Positions 8,943-18,091 of a stretch of 45,703 nt of DNA are shown piece by piece. The DNA lies in sequence record SRR22947727_1159; one strand, written 5' to 3'. Under the pieces are notes generated by a model, which was given only the letters and a program-made list of their open reading frames with translations, did not search any database and had not been told where the DNA came from. The position numbers and the translations under genes were made by a program. Position 1 is the stretch's first letter. The number at the start of each line of letters is the position of its first letter.

Positions 8943-10088
8943 ATGTATGTTCCTATTAAAAAAGTGTGCTTTATTGGGGCTGGAACAATGGGATGTTTTA
9001 ACTCGCTGCTAGCCTCAGCGGCTGGATATGAATGTGTAATATATGATACTTGTGAAGAATCCCTCAAAAATAGGGCTAGTAATCAAGCAAAATTGGCTGA
9101 TTTTCTAAACCATGACAATTTTTTTAAGGGCGTTGATGTGAACGCTGCTATAAAAAAAATATATGACTGCAGTGATTTAAAATTTGCTTTAGATGGAGTC
9201 GATTTAGTGAGTGAATCTATTCTAGAAAATTTAGAGTTAAAAAAACAATTATTCCAAGAACTTGAGGGTTTGGTAAGCAAAAAAACAATCATTACTACTA
9301 ATACTTCTGGTTTGTCTTTAGAGGTATTAAGCAATCAATTCAGCCCCAAACATCAGTTTGCTGCAATGCATTTCCATTTAGGTTCAAGGTTGGTTGACAT
9401 TGTTAGAGGAACTCATACAAGTGAGGAAACAATAATATCCATAAAAACTTTTGTGGAAACTTTAGGATGCGGTGGGATTATATATAAAAATAGAAATTCC
9501 AAATATGCCTTAAATCCAATGCTTGGAGCACTAACAACTCAAAGCATGCTGATGGTAATTGAAGGAAGATACTCAATAGAAGAGATAGATGGAGCATGGA
9601 AAAATGCTAATGACAGTAAGCTAGGGCCTTTTGGAATAATGGATATGCTCGGCCTTGATGTAATAAAAAATGCTTGGGAGGAGCAAGATGAAGAATCTAG
9701 ACTAATTGATTATAAAGAAAAAATCCTAAAGCACCTATCTTCATACATTGATAAAAATAATCTTGGTATTAAAACTGGAGCAGGTTTTTTAAATCACTCC
9801 AACATTGATATAAGCAATGATCAGATTAACTATGAAAATATAAAACAAGATCTATATATCGGAATTATAGAAGCATCTCTTGTTTTATTATCTGATGGTA
9901 TCTTGGAAAAAGATGCTATTAATAATGCCTGGACTTATGGAACTAATCTTCAAAAAGGTCCTTTTGATATTCTTGATGAAATAGGTGTTGAAAGATTCAA
10001 AAAGCTTTACCAAGAATGGGTTGATTTAGAATATATATCCAACAAAAGTTACGAATTGGTCTCAGGTGTTATTTCAAATTTGAAGTAA
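8943..10088 (+). CDS. 3-hydroxyacyl-CoA dehydrogenase family protein (divergent, repeated C-terminal domain)
   Basis: IGAGTMG Rossmann motif, SESILENLELK, TTNTS, MHFH, GPFGIMDMLGLD, LGIKTGAGF, second GPFDILDEIG. Confidence 0.85.
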   Translation: MYVPIKKVCFIGAGTMGCFNSLLASAAGYECVIYDTCEESLKNRASNQAKLADFLNHDNFFKGVDVNAAIKKIYDCSDLKFALDGVDLVSESILENLELKKQLFQELEGLVSKKTIITTNTSGLSLEVLSNQFSPKHQFAAMHFHLGSRLVDIVRGTHTSEETIISIKTFVETLGCGGIIYKNRNSKYALNPMLGALTTQSMLMVIEGRYSIEEIDGAWKNANDSKLGPFGIMDMLGLDVIKNAWEEQDEESRLIDYKEKILKHLSSYIDKNNLGIKTGAGFLNHSNIDISNDQINYENIKQDLYIGIIEASLVLLSDGILEKDAINNAWTYGTNLQKGPFDILDEIGVERFKKLYQEWVDLEYISNKSYELVSGVISNLK

Positions 10089-10090
10089 AT

Positions 10091-11053
10091 TTATAAACCA
10101 GCGTTATTTTTCTCTAGAGCTCTCTCGGCTCTATAACTTGATCTGACCATGGGTCCTGAAACGACCTCTAGAAATCCTTTCTTGAGACCAATTTCTCTAT
10201 AAATCTCAAATTCTTCTGGAGTTACCCATCTTTCTATGGGTAAATGATTTAAGGTTGGTCTTAAGTATTGTCCAATTGTTAGGATATCTACTTGATTAGC
10301 TATCAAGTCATCCATTGTTTGCTCGATCTCTTCATCTGTTTCACCAAGTCCAAGGATTAGACTAGTCTTTGTTAAGACTTTTGGGTTGATTCTTTTTGAT
10401 TCAGCTAAAACGTCTAGAGTTTGTTGATAGCCAGCTCTAATGTCTCTTACCGGATGAGTTAGTCGTTCAACAGTTTCAATATTTTGTGCAAAAACCTCCA
10501 GCCCACAATTAACAATAGTGTCTATAGAAGATGATAGTCCCTTAAAATCTGGGGTTAGTGCCTCAACTGCTGTTCCAGGATTTAAATCTTTGATCAGCTT
10601 TACTGTGTCAGCAAAATGCTTGGCACCTCCGTCTGGAAGATCATCTCTATTCACTGATGTAAGAACAACATATTTGAGCTTCATAATTTCAACCGCTTTT
10701 GCAGTATTAAGAGGTTCATCTTGATCTAACCAGCCTTTTGGATTCCCTGTATCTACTGAACAAAACTTACATGCCCTTGTACAAACTGAACCCATGAGCA
10801 TAAAAGTTGCCGTGCCAGCAGACCAGCACTCAGAGATATTAGGACAATGCGCTTCCTCACAGACAGTGTTAAGCCTTTTTTCTGAAACCTGATTTTTAAT
10901 CTTATGAAAATTAGGATTGAACTGAGCTTTTACTTTTAACCATTCAGGTTTTTTTAAGTTAGGGATATGAGAATACTGGTTGCCCTTCTGTCCATTTTTT
11001 ACGGCCTTGACCCCATCCCTATTAATTATTTTTTGTGTTGGAATAATCTCCAT
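10091..11053 (-). CDS. lipA: lipoyl synthase
   Basis: [12 protein letters not shown] auxiliary cluster motif, CTRACKFC radical SAM motif, VRSSYRA. Confidence 0.97.
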   Translation of the reverse strand: MEIIPTQKIINRDGVKAVKNGQKGNQYSHIPNLKKPEWLKVKAQFNPNFHKIKNQVSEKRLNTVCEEAHCPNISECWSAGTATFMLMGSVCTRACKFCSVDTGNPKGWLDQDEPLNTAKAVEIMKLKYVVLTSVNRDDLPDGGAKHFADTVKLIKDLNPGTAVEALTPDFKGLSSSIDTIVNCGLEVFAQNIETVERLTHPVRDIRAGYQQTLDVLAESKRINPKVLTKTSLILGLGETDEEIEQTMDDLIANQVDILTIGQYLRPTLNHLPIERWVTPEEFEIYREIGLKKGFLEVVSGPMVRSSYRAERALEKNNAGL

Positions 11054-11055
11054 AT

Positions 11056-11658
11056 TTAAAATATAGGCTCTAAAAGTTTAATTGCAAGGCGCTCAACGTC
11101 TTTAATGTTTGCCTTGTTGTTTAGATCTTTAATTTGTATGACTTTGAGACCTTCATAACCACAGGGGTTTATATAACTAAAAGGGGCAAGATCCATATCA
11201 ACATTAATACTGATCCCATGATAAGTTTTTCCTTTAGAAATTCTTAGACCAATAGAAGCTATCTTTTTTTCATTTACATAAACTCCTGGTGCGCCATCTA
11301 TAAATTCAGAATCTATTGAGTATTCTTTAAGAAGTGATTTAGTGAATTCTTGAAGTGTCTTAACAAGAATCTTTGGTCCTAGTTTTGATCTTTTCACATC
11401 GATCATAAAGTAAATAACTAACTGTCCGGGTCCATGATAGGTTACTTCCCCTCCGCGGTCAGATTGAATAACTGGAATACCTTTAGCATTTAAAATATGT
11501 TTTTGATCAGCAGCGGTTCCTAAAGTAAAAACAGGTGTATGTTCCAAAAACCATATCTCATTTTTAAAATCTTCTTCCCTGATATGTGATTTCATTGACT
11601 GCCACACACCACCATAGTCACGAAGACCAAGAGATTTAAAAGTTAAATTTTCTGACAC
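11056..11658 (-). CDS. lipB: octanoyltransferase
   Basis: [42 protein letters not shown] start overlapping the upstream TAG. Confidence 0.96.
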   Translation of the reverse strand: MSENLTFKSLGLRDYGGVWQSMKSHIREEDFKNEIWFLEHTPVFTLGTAADQKHILNAKGIPVIQSDRGGEVTYHGPGQLVIYFMIDVKRSKLGPKILVKTLQEFTKSLLKEYSIDSEFIDGAPGVYVNEKKIASIGLRISKGKTYHGISINVDMDLAPFSYINPCGYEGLKVIQIKDLNNKANIKDVERLAIKLLEPIF

Positions 11659-12746
11659 TACTTATTTCTGGCTTCAATAAATGCATCCTCTGATATTTCA
11701 TGATATGCAGATACATTTTTTCTAAATTCTGAATATGATTCATAAACTCTGCTAATAACCTCATCTTCTTTAGCCAAATCATCTAATATTTTTTCTGATA
11801 TAAGCCTAAACTCTTCGATTACATCATCTGGCAGCTTTCTTAACTCAACGCCATGAATCTCTATTAGTTCTGTAAGGGCTTTATTGTTTCTTGCTAAATA
11901 CTCATCAAGCATGTCCTGATTTACAGCTTTAGCAGCAGTCTCAATAATAACTTGAAGATGTTTTGGAAGACTGTTCCATGCATCAATATTAATTAAAAGC
12001 TCTAGCATTGGTCCTGGCTCATGCCATCCTGGATAATAGTAATATTTTGCAGCTTGATGAAAGCCAAAGGTTAGATCGTTATATGGTCCAACCCATTCTG
12101 TTGCATCAATTACGCCTGTTTGTAATGCAGTAAATAATTCCCCGCCTGGAAGAGTTACCGGTATGCCGCCAGCTTCTTTTAAGACCTCTCCACCAATGCC
12201 TGGGATACGCATTTTTAAACCTTTAATATCTTCAAGAGAATTAATCTCTTTATTGAACCAACCAAACATTTGAGTTCCTGTATTTCCTGCAGGAATGGGA
12301 TAAATATTAAATGGCTCATAGATCTCTCTCCAAAGCTCTAAGCCGCCTCCTCTATTTACCCAGGCATTAATTTCATCTGCGGTTAGTCCAAAAGGCACAC
12401 TAGTAAAAAATTGAGCTGCTGGAACTTTCCCTTTCCAGAAATACCCGCCGCTGTGCCCCATTTGGTGTGAGCCGCTAGATACAGCATCAAAGACCCCAAA
12501 TGCAGGAACTTGTTCTCCAGCTCCGTATACAGTTATTTTCATCTGACCATTACTCATTTCTTCTACCAAATTAGCGATTCTTTCTGGAGCCATCCCTAAT
12601 CCAGGATAGTTTTTTGGCCATGAGGTGACCAGCCTCCATTCATATTTTTTTTGCTCTTCTAATTGAGAAGATTCTTTGGCAATACCTGAATCAGAGCATC
12701 CTACTAAAATACTTATAGTTAATATTGGTAATAAAAATTTTCTCAT
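11658..12746 (-). CDS. dctP: TRAP transporter substrate-binding lipoprotein (DctP, TakP-like)
   Basis: Lipobox LVGC, WRLVTSWP, GNTGTQMFGWF, GLKMRIPG, DATEWVGPYND, YYYPGWHEPG; ATG 12746 overlaps the uvrD stop. Confidence 0.92.
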   Translation of the reverse strand: MRKFLLPILTISILVGCSDSGIAKESSQLEEQKKYEWRLVTSWPKNYPGLGMAPERIANLVEEMSNGQMKITVYGAGEQVPAFGVFDAVSSGSHQMGHSGGYFWKGKVPAAQFFTSVPFGLTADEINAWVNRGGGLELWREIYEPFNIYPIPAGNTGTQMFGWFNKEINSLEDIKGLKMRIPGIGGEVLKEAGGIPVTLPGGELFTALQTGVIDATEWVGPYNDLTFGFHQAAKYYYYPGWHEPGPMLELLINIDAWNSLPKHLQVIIETAAKAVNQDMLDEYLARNNKALTELIEIHGVELRKLPDDVIEEFRLISEKILDDLAKEDEVISRVYESYSEFRKNVSAYHEISEDAFIEARNK

Positions 12747-14920
12747 TATATTTTCTCTAAATTTGCATAAGCCATAACTAACCATTTAGTACCTGCTTTA
12801 TTAAAATTAACCTGAACTCTAGCTGCCTCACCAGAGCCTTCGTAATTTAAAACTACGCCTTCCCCAAATTTCTTATGGAGAACTCTTTGACCCAATGAAA
12901 TCCCAATCTCATCTTCAAACTCAAACTTTGTTTCACTAAAGTCTTTTCTATTATAAGGGATATGAGTTTGTGCTCGAGGTCTTATCTCATCAATAAGATC
13001 TTTTGGGATTTCTTTTAAAAACCTTGAAGGAGGATTAAAAGTATCAGACCCATGAAGTCTTCTTGATTCGGCATGGGTTATATATAACTTTTCCATAGCT
13101 CTTGTTATGCCCACATAACACAATCTTCTCTCCTCTTGCAGTTGAGCAGGATTTTCCATAGATCTTCCATGAGGAAAAAGACTTTCTTCAAGCCCTGTCA
13201 TTAAGACGAGCTTGAATTCTAATCCCTTGGCAGAATGAAGAGTCATTAGTTGTGCTGCATCATCATGCTCTGAAGCTTGTCGATCTCCAGAATCAAGAGA
13301 AATCATATCTAAATACTGTTCTGCAACTTCTTTATTTGTCTTCTCTTCTCTTATGCTCTGTTCAAAGTTTGTCGTAGCTGAAACAAGCTCTTCTAAGTTC
13401 TCTACTCTTGTCTTTCCTTTTTCTCCTGGTTCTTTAGCATGATAGGCAACTAGACCAGATGTTTTGATAATCTCTTCCATTAAATCCGACAAGGGGTTGT
13501 CTTCGATAAATTCTTTGCACCTAGCTATAAACTCAAGATAAGACTTCAGACCAGCGCCACCCCTTCCAGAAATAGATCCATCATCAATTAATTTTGCTGA
13601 GGCTTTTATATAAGAAATATTATATTGATTTGCAGTAGCCCTAATTTTTGCCAACGTCTTTTCACCAACACCCCTTGTAGGATTAGAAATTGATCTTTCA
13701 AAAGCTGGATTATCAGAATTATTAAAGATAATTTTTAAGTAGGCTATTGCGTTCTTGATTTCCATTCGCTCATAGAACCTCTGGCCGCCATAAATTCTAT
13801 AAGGAATACTAGATCTTAATAATGCTTCTTCTAGAGCTCTTGATTGAGCGTTTGATCTATAAAGAACTGCTGCATCCTCATACATTTCTCCCTTATTCAT
13901 CCAGTCTTTCAGAATATCTGCAACAAATCTTGCCTCGTCTTGTTCGTTATATGCCTGATATAAGATTATTTGCTCACCTTCAAGTTTTTCAGTCCAGAGG
14001 TTCTTGCCAAGTCTGTCAGTATTATTTTCAATAAGAGCATTAGCGGCTCCTAAAATTATATTTGTTGATCTATAATTTTGCTCAAGTCTTATGATCTCTG
14101 TATCTTCAAATGTCTTTGTGAAAGAATCTACATTCTCAACTTTTGCACCTCTCCATCCATAGATAGATTGATCATCGTCTCCAACAGCAGTCACAGATGC
14201 TTGATCGGATGCTATTTCAAGCAACCAATTGTATTGAATGGTGTTAGTGTCTTGAAACTCATCCACTAAAATAGATTTAAATCTAGAGTGAAAAAAAGTT
14301 CTAACTGATTCATTGTCTCGAACAATTTCAAATGATCTTAGAAGAAGTTCTCCGAAGTCTACAAGATTGTCACGAATACAAGTTTTTTCATATTCCTTGT
14401 AAACTTTATTAATATTTTCTTTAAAGTAATCTCCTTTATCATCTACTAAAATACTTCTAAAACCCTCATCTTTCCATGCATTAATTTGCCACTGTGTCTG
14501 CCTAGAAGGCCAAACTGATTCATCAAAGCCTAATTCCTTAGATATTCTTTTTATAATTCTTAATTGATCATCTGAATCTAAAATGGTAAATCCGCTGCTA
14601 AGATTTGCTTCTTTATGAAATCTCTTCAGCATTCTATGAGCTAGGCCATGGAAAGTACCCACCCAACCATCCATCATTGGCGCCTCAAGTAATTCTTCAA
14701 TTCTTGATCGCATTTCAAGAGCAGCTTTGTTAGTAAAAGTCACAGCCATTATTGAGGCAGGATTTTTTCTAAGAGCCTCTACTTCCCATGCTATTTTATG
14801 AACTAATACTCTAGTTTTTCCTGAGCCAGCACCAGCAAGTACCATTAAATGTTTTTTTTCAGACGTAACAGCTTGTCGTTGCTGATCGTTAAGATGTTCT
14901 AAAATGTGAGATACGTCCAT
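12746..14920 (-). CDS. uvrD: DNA helicase II
   Basis: LAGAGSGKT, TFTNKAA, VDEFQDTN, VGDDDQSIYGWRGA, LEQNYRS, TLHSAKGLEF, EERRLCYVGITRA, C-terminal Tudor-like domain. Confidence 0.97.
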   Translation of the reverse strand: MDVSHILEHLNDQQRQAVTSEKKHLMVLAGAGSGKTRVLVHKIAWEVEALRKNPASIMAVTFTNKAALEMRSRIEELLEAPMMDGWVGTFHGLAHRMLKRFHKEANLSSGFTILDSDDQLRIIKRISKELGFDESVWPSRQTQWQINAWKDEGFRSILVDDKGDYFKENINKVYKEYEKTCIRDNLVDFGELLLRSFEIVRDNESVRTFFHSRFKSILVDEFQDTNTIQYNWLLEIASDQASVTAVGDDDQSIYGWRGAKVENVDSFTKTFEDTEIIRLEQNYRSTNIILGAANALIENNTDRLGKNLWTEKLEGEQIILYQAYNEQDEARFVADILKDWMNKGEMYEDAAVLYRSNAQSRALEEALLRSSIPYRIYGGQRFYERMEIKNAIAYLKIIFNNSDNPAFERSISNPTRGVGEKTLAKIRATANQYNISYIKASAKLIDDGSISGRGGAGLKSYLEFIARCKEFIEDNPLSDLMEEIIKTSGLVAYHAKEPGEKGKTRVENLEELVSATTNFEQSIREEKTNKEVAEQYLDMISLDSGDRQASEHDDAAQLMTLHSAKGLEFKLVLMTGLEESLFPHGRSMENPAQLQEERRLCYVGITRAMEKLYITHAESRRLHGSDTFNPPSRFLKEIPKDLIDEIRPRAQTHIPYNRKDFSETKFEFEDEIGISLGQRVLHKKFGEGVVLNYEGSGEAARVQVNFNKAGTKWLVMAYANLEKI

Positions 14921-14962
14921 TTAGGGATTCATTTTTTTGCTTAAGAGAGATATTCTAACCTT

Positions 14963-15805
14963 ATGCCAACAAAATTATTGAGACAAATTAAAAATACTCT
15001 TCCTGAATTAAGGAAATCTGAGAAACTAGTAGCAGATTTTGTTCTTAAAGATCCTAAATCTATAATAACCATGAAGACTGCAGAAGCCTCATCTGCAATG
15101 GGAATTAGCGAACCAACATTAATTAGATTTTGTAAGGCACTGGGTTTCTCAGGCTATCAAGAGTTTAAAATTAATCTATCTCAACAACTAGCAGCTGATG
15201 ATTACTTTGTGATGTATGAGATTGAAGAAGACGATAGCATTCATGAGTTATGTGAAAAAGTCTTTGATACTACTATAAGCGAGATATTGAACGTTAGATC
15301 TCAGATTGATAAGGATATTCTAGAATCAGCAATTGAGGCATTAGCTAATGCTAAAAGAGTTGAAGTTTATGCTTTCGGAGGTTCAGCTCCTGTAGCTATG
15401 GATGCGCAACATAAATTTTTTAGATTAAAAATATCATCATCATTTATTTCAGATCCTCATATCCAATTAATGTCAGCTAATTCTCTATCTAAAAATGATG
15501 TAGTTTTGGCAATATCCCAATCTGGTACAACTTCAGCCTTAATAGACAGTGTAAAAATTGTAAGGAAGTCTGGAGTAAAAGTTATAGGAATAATGCCTGA
15601 AAATACCCCATTAGCAAACATTTGTGATTATCCAATCAGTATTAACGTTGGAGATAACTATAGAATTACCAAACCTCATACTTCTAGAATTGCATACACA
15701 GCTGTTATAGATGTCATGACCATGGGCATTGCTCAATTAAAACCAGAAGCACAAGAGCATTTATATAATATAGTTGATAGTCAAAGGTCATTAAAAATAA
15801 AATAA
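14963..15805 (+). CDS. RpiR/HexR family transcriptional regulator (HTH + SIS)
   Basis: LRKSEKLVA, SEPTLIRFCKALGFSGYQEFK, DAQHKFFRL, ISQSG. Confidence 0.92.
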   Translation: MPTKLLRQIKNTLPELRKSEKLVADFVLKDPKSIITMKTAEASSAMGISEPTLIRFCKALGFSGYQEFKINLSQQLAADDYFVMYEIEEDDSIHELCEKVFDTTISEILNVRSQIDKDILESAIEALANAKRVEVYAFGGSAPVAMDAQHKFFRLKISSSFISDPHIQLMSANSLSKNDVVLAISQSGTTSALIDSVKIVRKSGVKVIGIMPENTPLANICDYPISINVGDNYRITKPHTSRIAYTAVIDVMTMGIAQLKPEAQEHLYNIVDSQRSLKIK

Positions 15806-15825
15806 TTTAATTACAGGAGAAATTA

Positions 15826-16242
15826 ATGAGCCAAGAAGTAAAAGATTTTTTTGCTACCTATAGTGATTTTGTTACTAAGGTAACCAGTGAGCCTAGTTTA
15901 GACTTAGAAGCTTTAAAGAAAAGCATGGATGAAATTGAATCAAATTCATCAATTAAAATGCCGAGATTATTAACTGCAGCTTTAGGACTTGGAAGCGAAA
16001 CTGGTGAGTTTGTAGAAATAGTAAAAAAAATGGTCCTTCAGGGAAAACCAGCATCTGAAGATAATATCTTTCATATGAAAAGAGAATTAGGAGACATCAT
16101 GTGGTATTGGACTACAGCATGTGCATCCCTTGGATTAGATCCTTTTGAAGTCATAAATGAAAATCAAAAAAAATTAGAAGCAAGATATGGGGAAAAGTTT
16201 GAAATTGAAAGAAGCGAAGTAAGAAAAGAAGGAGATCTTTGA
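15826..16242 (+). CDS. single-domain MazG-like nucleoside triphosphate pyrophosphohydrolase
   Basis: SETGEFVEIVKK and RELGDIMWY acidic metal motifs, NQKKLEARY; strong RBS CAGGAG. Confidence 0.9.
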   Translation: MSQEVKDFFATYSDFVTKVTSEPSLDLEALKKSMDEIESNSSIKMPRLLTAALGLGSETGEFVEIVKKMVLQGKPASEDNIFHMKRELGDIMWYWTTACASLGLDPFEVINENQKKLEARYGEKFEIERSEVRKEGDL

Positions 16243-16316
16243 AGGCAATCAAAACTTATATTTGTTGAATTCTGTAAGAGATGAAAATGGAATTTCAATT
16301 ACTAAACTAAAAATTG

Positions 16317-16466
16317 ATGAATAAGGATAAAAAAGAAAAAGTTGAAAAATTACCATCAGCATCTGATGACGCTGCAGATGTTGCCTCAAGATACGATAGA
16401 TACAAAAAAGATAATGAAAAGTCTGAATTTCCTCCGATTGAATATGAAAAACCACCTCATCATTAA
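16317..16466 (+). CDS. small hydrophilic protein (49 aa) ending EKPPHH, not in the ORF track
   Basis: MNKDKKEKVEKLPSASDDAADVASRYDRYKKDNEKSEFPPIEYEKPPHH*; its TAA directly abuts the ATG at 16467. Confidence 0.7.
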   Translation: MNKDKKEKVEKLPSASDDAADVASRYDRYKKDNEKSEFPPIEYEKPPHH

Positions 16467-16835
16467 ATGATTACTTTTTTAGCCTTTTTATATATTTTTT
16501 CTGCATTTGCATATTTTTATGCCAATAAATCTGGATACAGTCTCCTAAGATACATTTGGAAAAGAGAAAATATTAATATTTATCTATTAACTGAAATAGT
16601 TTTTTTGATAATAACTTCATTGATTGTTTTTACAAATCAGCCACTCAACTGGATAGTTGCTATATTAATGTTTATGCACCTAATTGGCATAGCCTGGCTT
16701 ATTGGAAACCCTGATAGTTTTTATGAAATGGCAGATGAGTCTATTAATTTAGATTCCAATCTTTTAGAAAATGTTGTTGTGATTACTTTTTTAATTTATG
16801 CAGGTATGGCTTTATTTTCTAGAATAATTTTCTAA
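16467..16835 (+). CDS. hypothetical membrane protein (about 4 TM)
   Basis: 122 aa with alternating hydrophobic segments; fills the gap. Confidence 0.75.
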   Translation: MITFLAFLYIFSAFAYFYANKSGYSLLRYIWKRENINIYLLTEIVFLIITSLIVFTNQPLNWIVAILMFMHLIGIAWLIGNPDSFYEMADESINLDSNLLENVVVITFLIYAGMALFSRIIF

Positions 16836-16836
16836 T

Positions 16837-17706
16837 TTATTTTTCTTGCACTCTTTTTAAGAGGCTGGAGGTATCCCATCTGCCTCCTCCTAAGCCCTGT
16901 ATGTCTTTGTAAAAGTTATTTATTAAGTCTGTAATTTCAAGATTTGCATTAATTGTTTTCGCTTGATCTAGAACTATATCTAAATCTTTTCTCATCAAAT
17001 CAACAGCAAAGCCAAAATCATATTCATCATTTAGCATAGTCTTCCATCTATTATCCATCTGCCAAGATTGTGCAGCGCCCTTAGTAATAACCTCCATTAC
17101 ATCAGCTGAATTTAATCCAGCTTTTTCAGAAAAATTTATGCCCTCTGCTAAAGCCTGAATTAATCCAGCAATACAAATTTGATTGACCATTTTAGTTAAC
17201 TGACCAGATCCTGATGGGCCCATAAACTTATAAAATTTTGAATATGCTTCGAAAATTGACTTGGAGGCCTCGTATGCTTTTTGATTACCTCCAGCCATAA
17301 TAGAGAGAGTTCCAGATTCAGCCCCTAACTGACCTCCTGAAATTGGCGCATCTATAAAATAACAGTCTTTTAACAAAAGCACTTCATTCATTTTTTTTGC
17401 GAGCTCTGCCGATGTTGTGGTGTGATCAATGATTATTGACCCTGGCTTTAGTGAATCTATAATTCCTGATTTTCCATTAATAATATCTTTAACGTCTTTA
17501 TCATTTCTAACACAAAGAATTATAATTTCTGAAGAAGTTGCTATATTAGAAAGGGATTCACAAATTTTGCCCTTGTATTTTGATTTCCAGATAATAGATT
17601 TTTCATGGCTTCTATTAAATACTGAAACTTGGAAATTGTTTTTAGAAAGATGCCCTGCCATTGGAGCTCCCATAACTCCAAGACCAATAAAACCAATTTT
17701 ATTCAT
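16837..17706 (-). CDS. NAD(P)-dependent beta-hydroxyacid dehydrogenase (3-hydroxyisobutyrate DH / tartronate semialdehyde reductase family)
   Basis: GFIGLGVMGAPMA, DAPISGG, GSGQLTKMVNQI (catalytic Lys), FAVDLMRKDL. Confidence 0.92.
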   Translation of the reverse strand: MNKIGFIGLGVMGAPMAGHLSKNNFQVSVFNRSHEKSIIWKSKYKGKICESLSNIATSSEIIILCVRNDKDVKDIINGKSGIIDSLKPGSIIIDHTTTSAELAKKMNEVLLLKDCYFIDAPISGGQLGAESGTLSIMAGGNQKAYEASKSIFEAYSKFYKFMGPSGSGQLTKMVNQICIAGLIQALAEGINFSEKAGLNSADVMEVITKGAAQSWQMDNRWKTMLNDEYDFGFAVDLMRKDLDIVLDQAKTINANLEITDLINNFYKDIQGLGGGRWDTSSLLKRVQEK

Positions 17707-17893
17707 TCTTGTTTTCTTCTTCTTGATATTTTTTTAAGTCTTCCCAGTCATGAGGGGTGCCTGCATTTAGGGTAATATTCTTTTGTTGAGCTCTGTAAAG
17801 ACTTTGAGTTCTTAATTTACCTTTATTCTCTTCTTTGCCAAATAGTTTGTTCCATCCATCTTCAAATTTTTCTCTTAGATTTCGTTTAACCAT
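17699..17893 (-). CDS. small hypothetical protein (64 aa)
   Basis: Overlaps the downstream dehydrogenase start; begins 6 nt after the upstream small ORF stop. Confidence 0.7.
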   Translation of the reverse strand: MVKRNLREKFEDGWNKLFGKEENKGKLRTQSLYRAQQKNITLNAGTPHDWEDLKKYQEEENKNE

Positions 17894-17899
17894 ACATTC

Positions 17900-18073
17900 T
17901 CAAACTATATGATCTTCTCTGTCTTTTTTTGCTGTTCTTTTAATCCCAGATTCAGTTGTATACTCTTCGGTAATACCCTTTGCTCCTTCTCGTCCTTTTT
18001 TAGATATATTCATTAATGTGACTATTGAAGCACCAGAGACAGCTCCAATTAGGATTAATATTATTGCCTCCAT
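17900..18073 (-). CDS. small single-TM protein (57 aa), not in the ORF track
   Basis: RBS AGGAGG before ATG 18073; MEAIILILIGAVSGASIVTLMNISKKGREGAKGITEEYTTESGIKRTAKKDREDHIV*. Confidence 0.8.
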   Translation of the reverse strand: MEAIILILIGAVSGASIVTLMNISKKGREGAKGITEEYTTESGIKRTAKKDREDHIV

Positions 18074-18091
18074 GTTTGCCTCCTAATAATA

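Noticed and set aside
10091..11053. LipA seems divergent from the E. coli type ([16 protein letters not shown])
   Set aside because: All cluster motifs are normal and I cannot establish an unusual origin without a tree
1998..14269. Short ORF-track entries antisense to real genes (1998, 2891, 5006, 6846, 7434, 8825, 9083, 10518, 13822, 14078)
   Set aside because: All lie opposite well-supported genes, have no motifs and show typical antisense-shadow composition
16249..16455. 68-aa minus-strand ORF in the track
   Set aside because: Shadow of the better-supported + strand ORF 16317-16466, which is co-oriented and abuts the next gene
15826..18073. Possible prophage remnant around MazG and the small ORFs
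   Set aside because: No integrase, structural genes, att-like direct repeats or visible compositional shift
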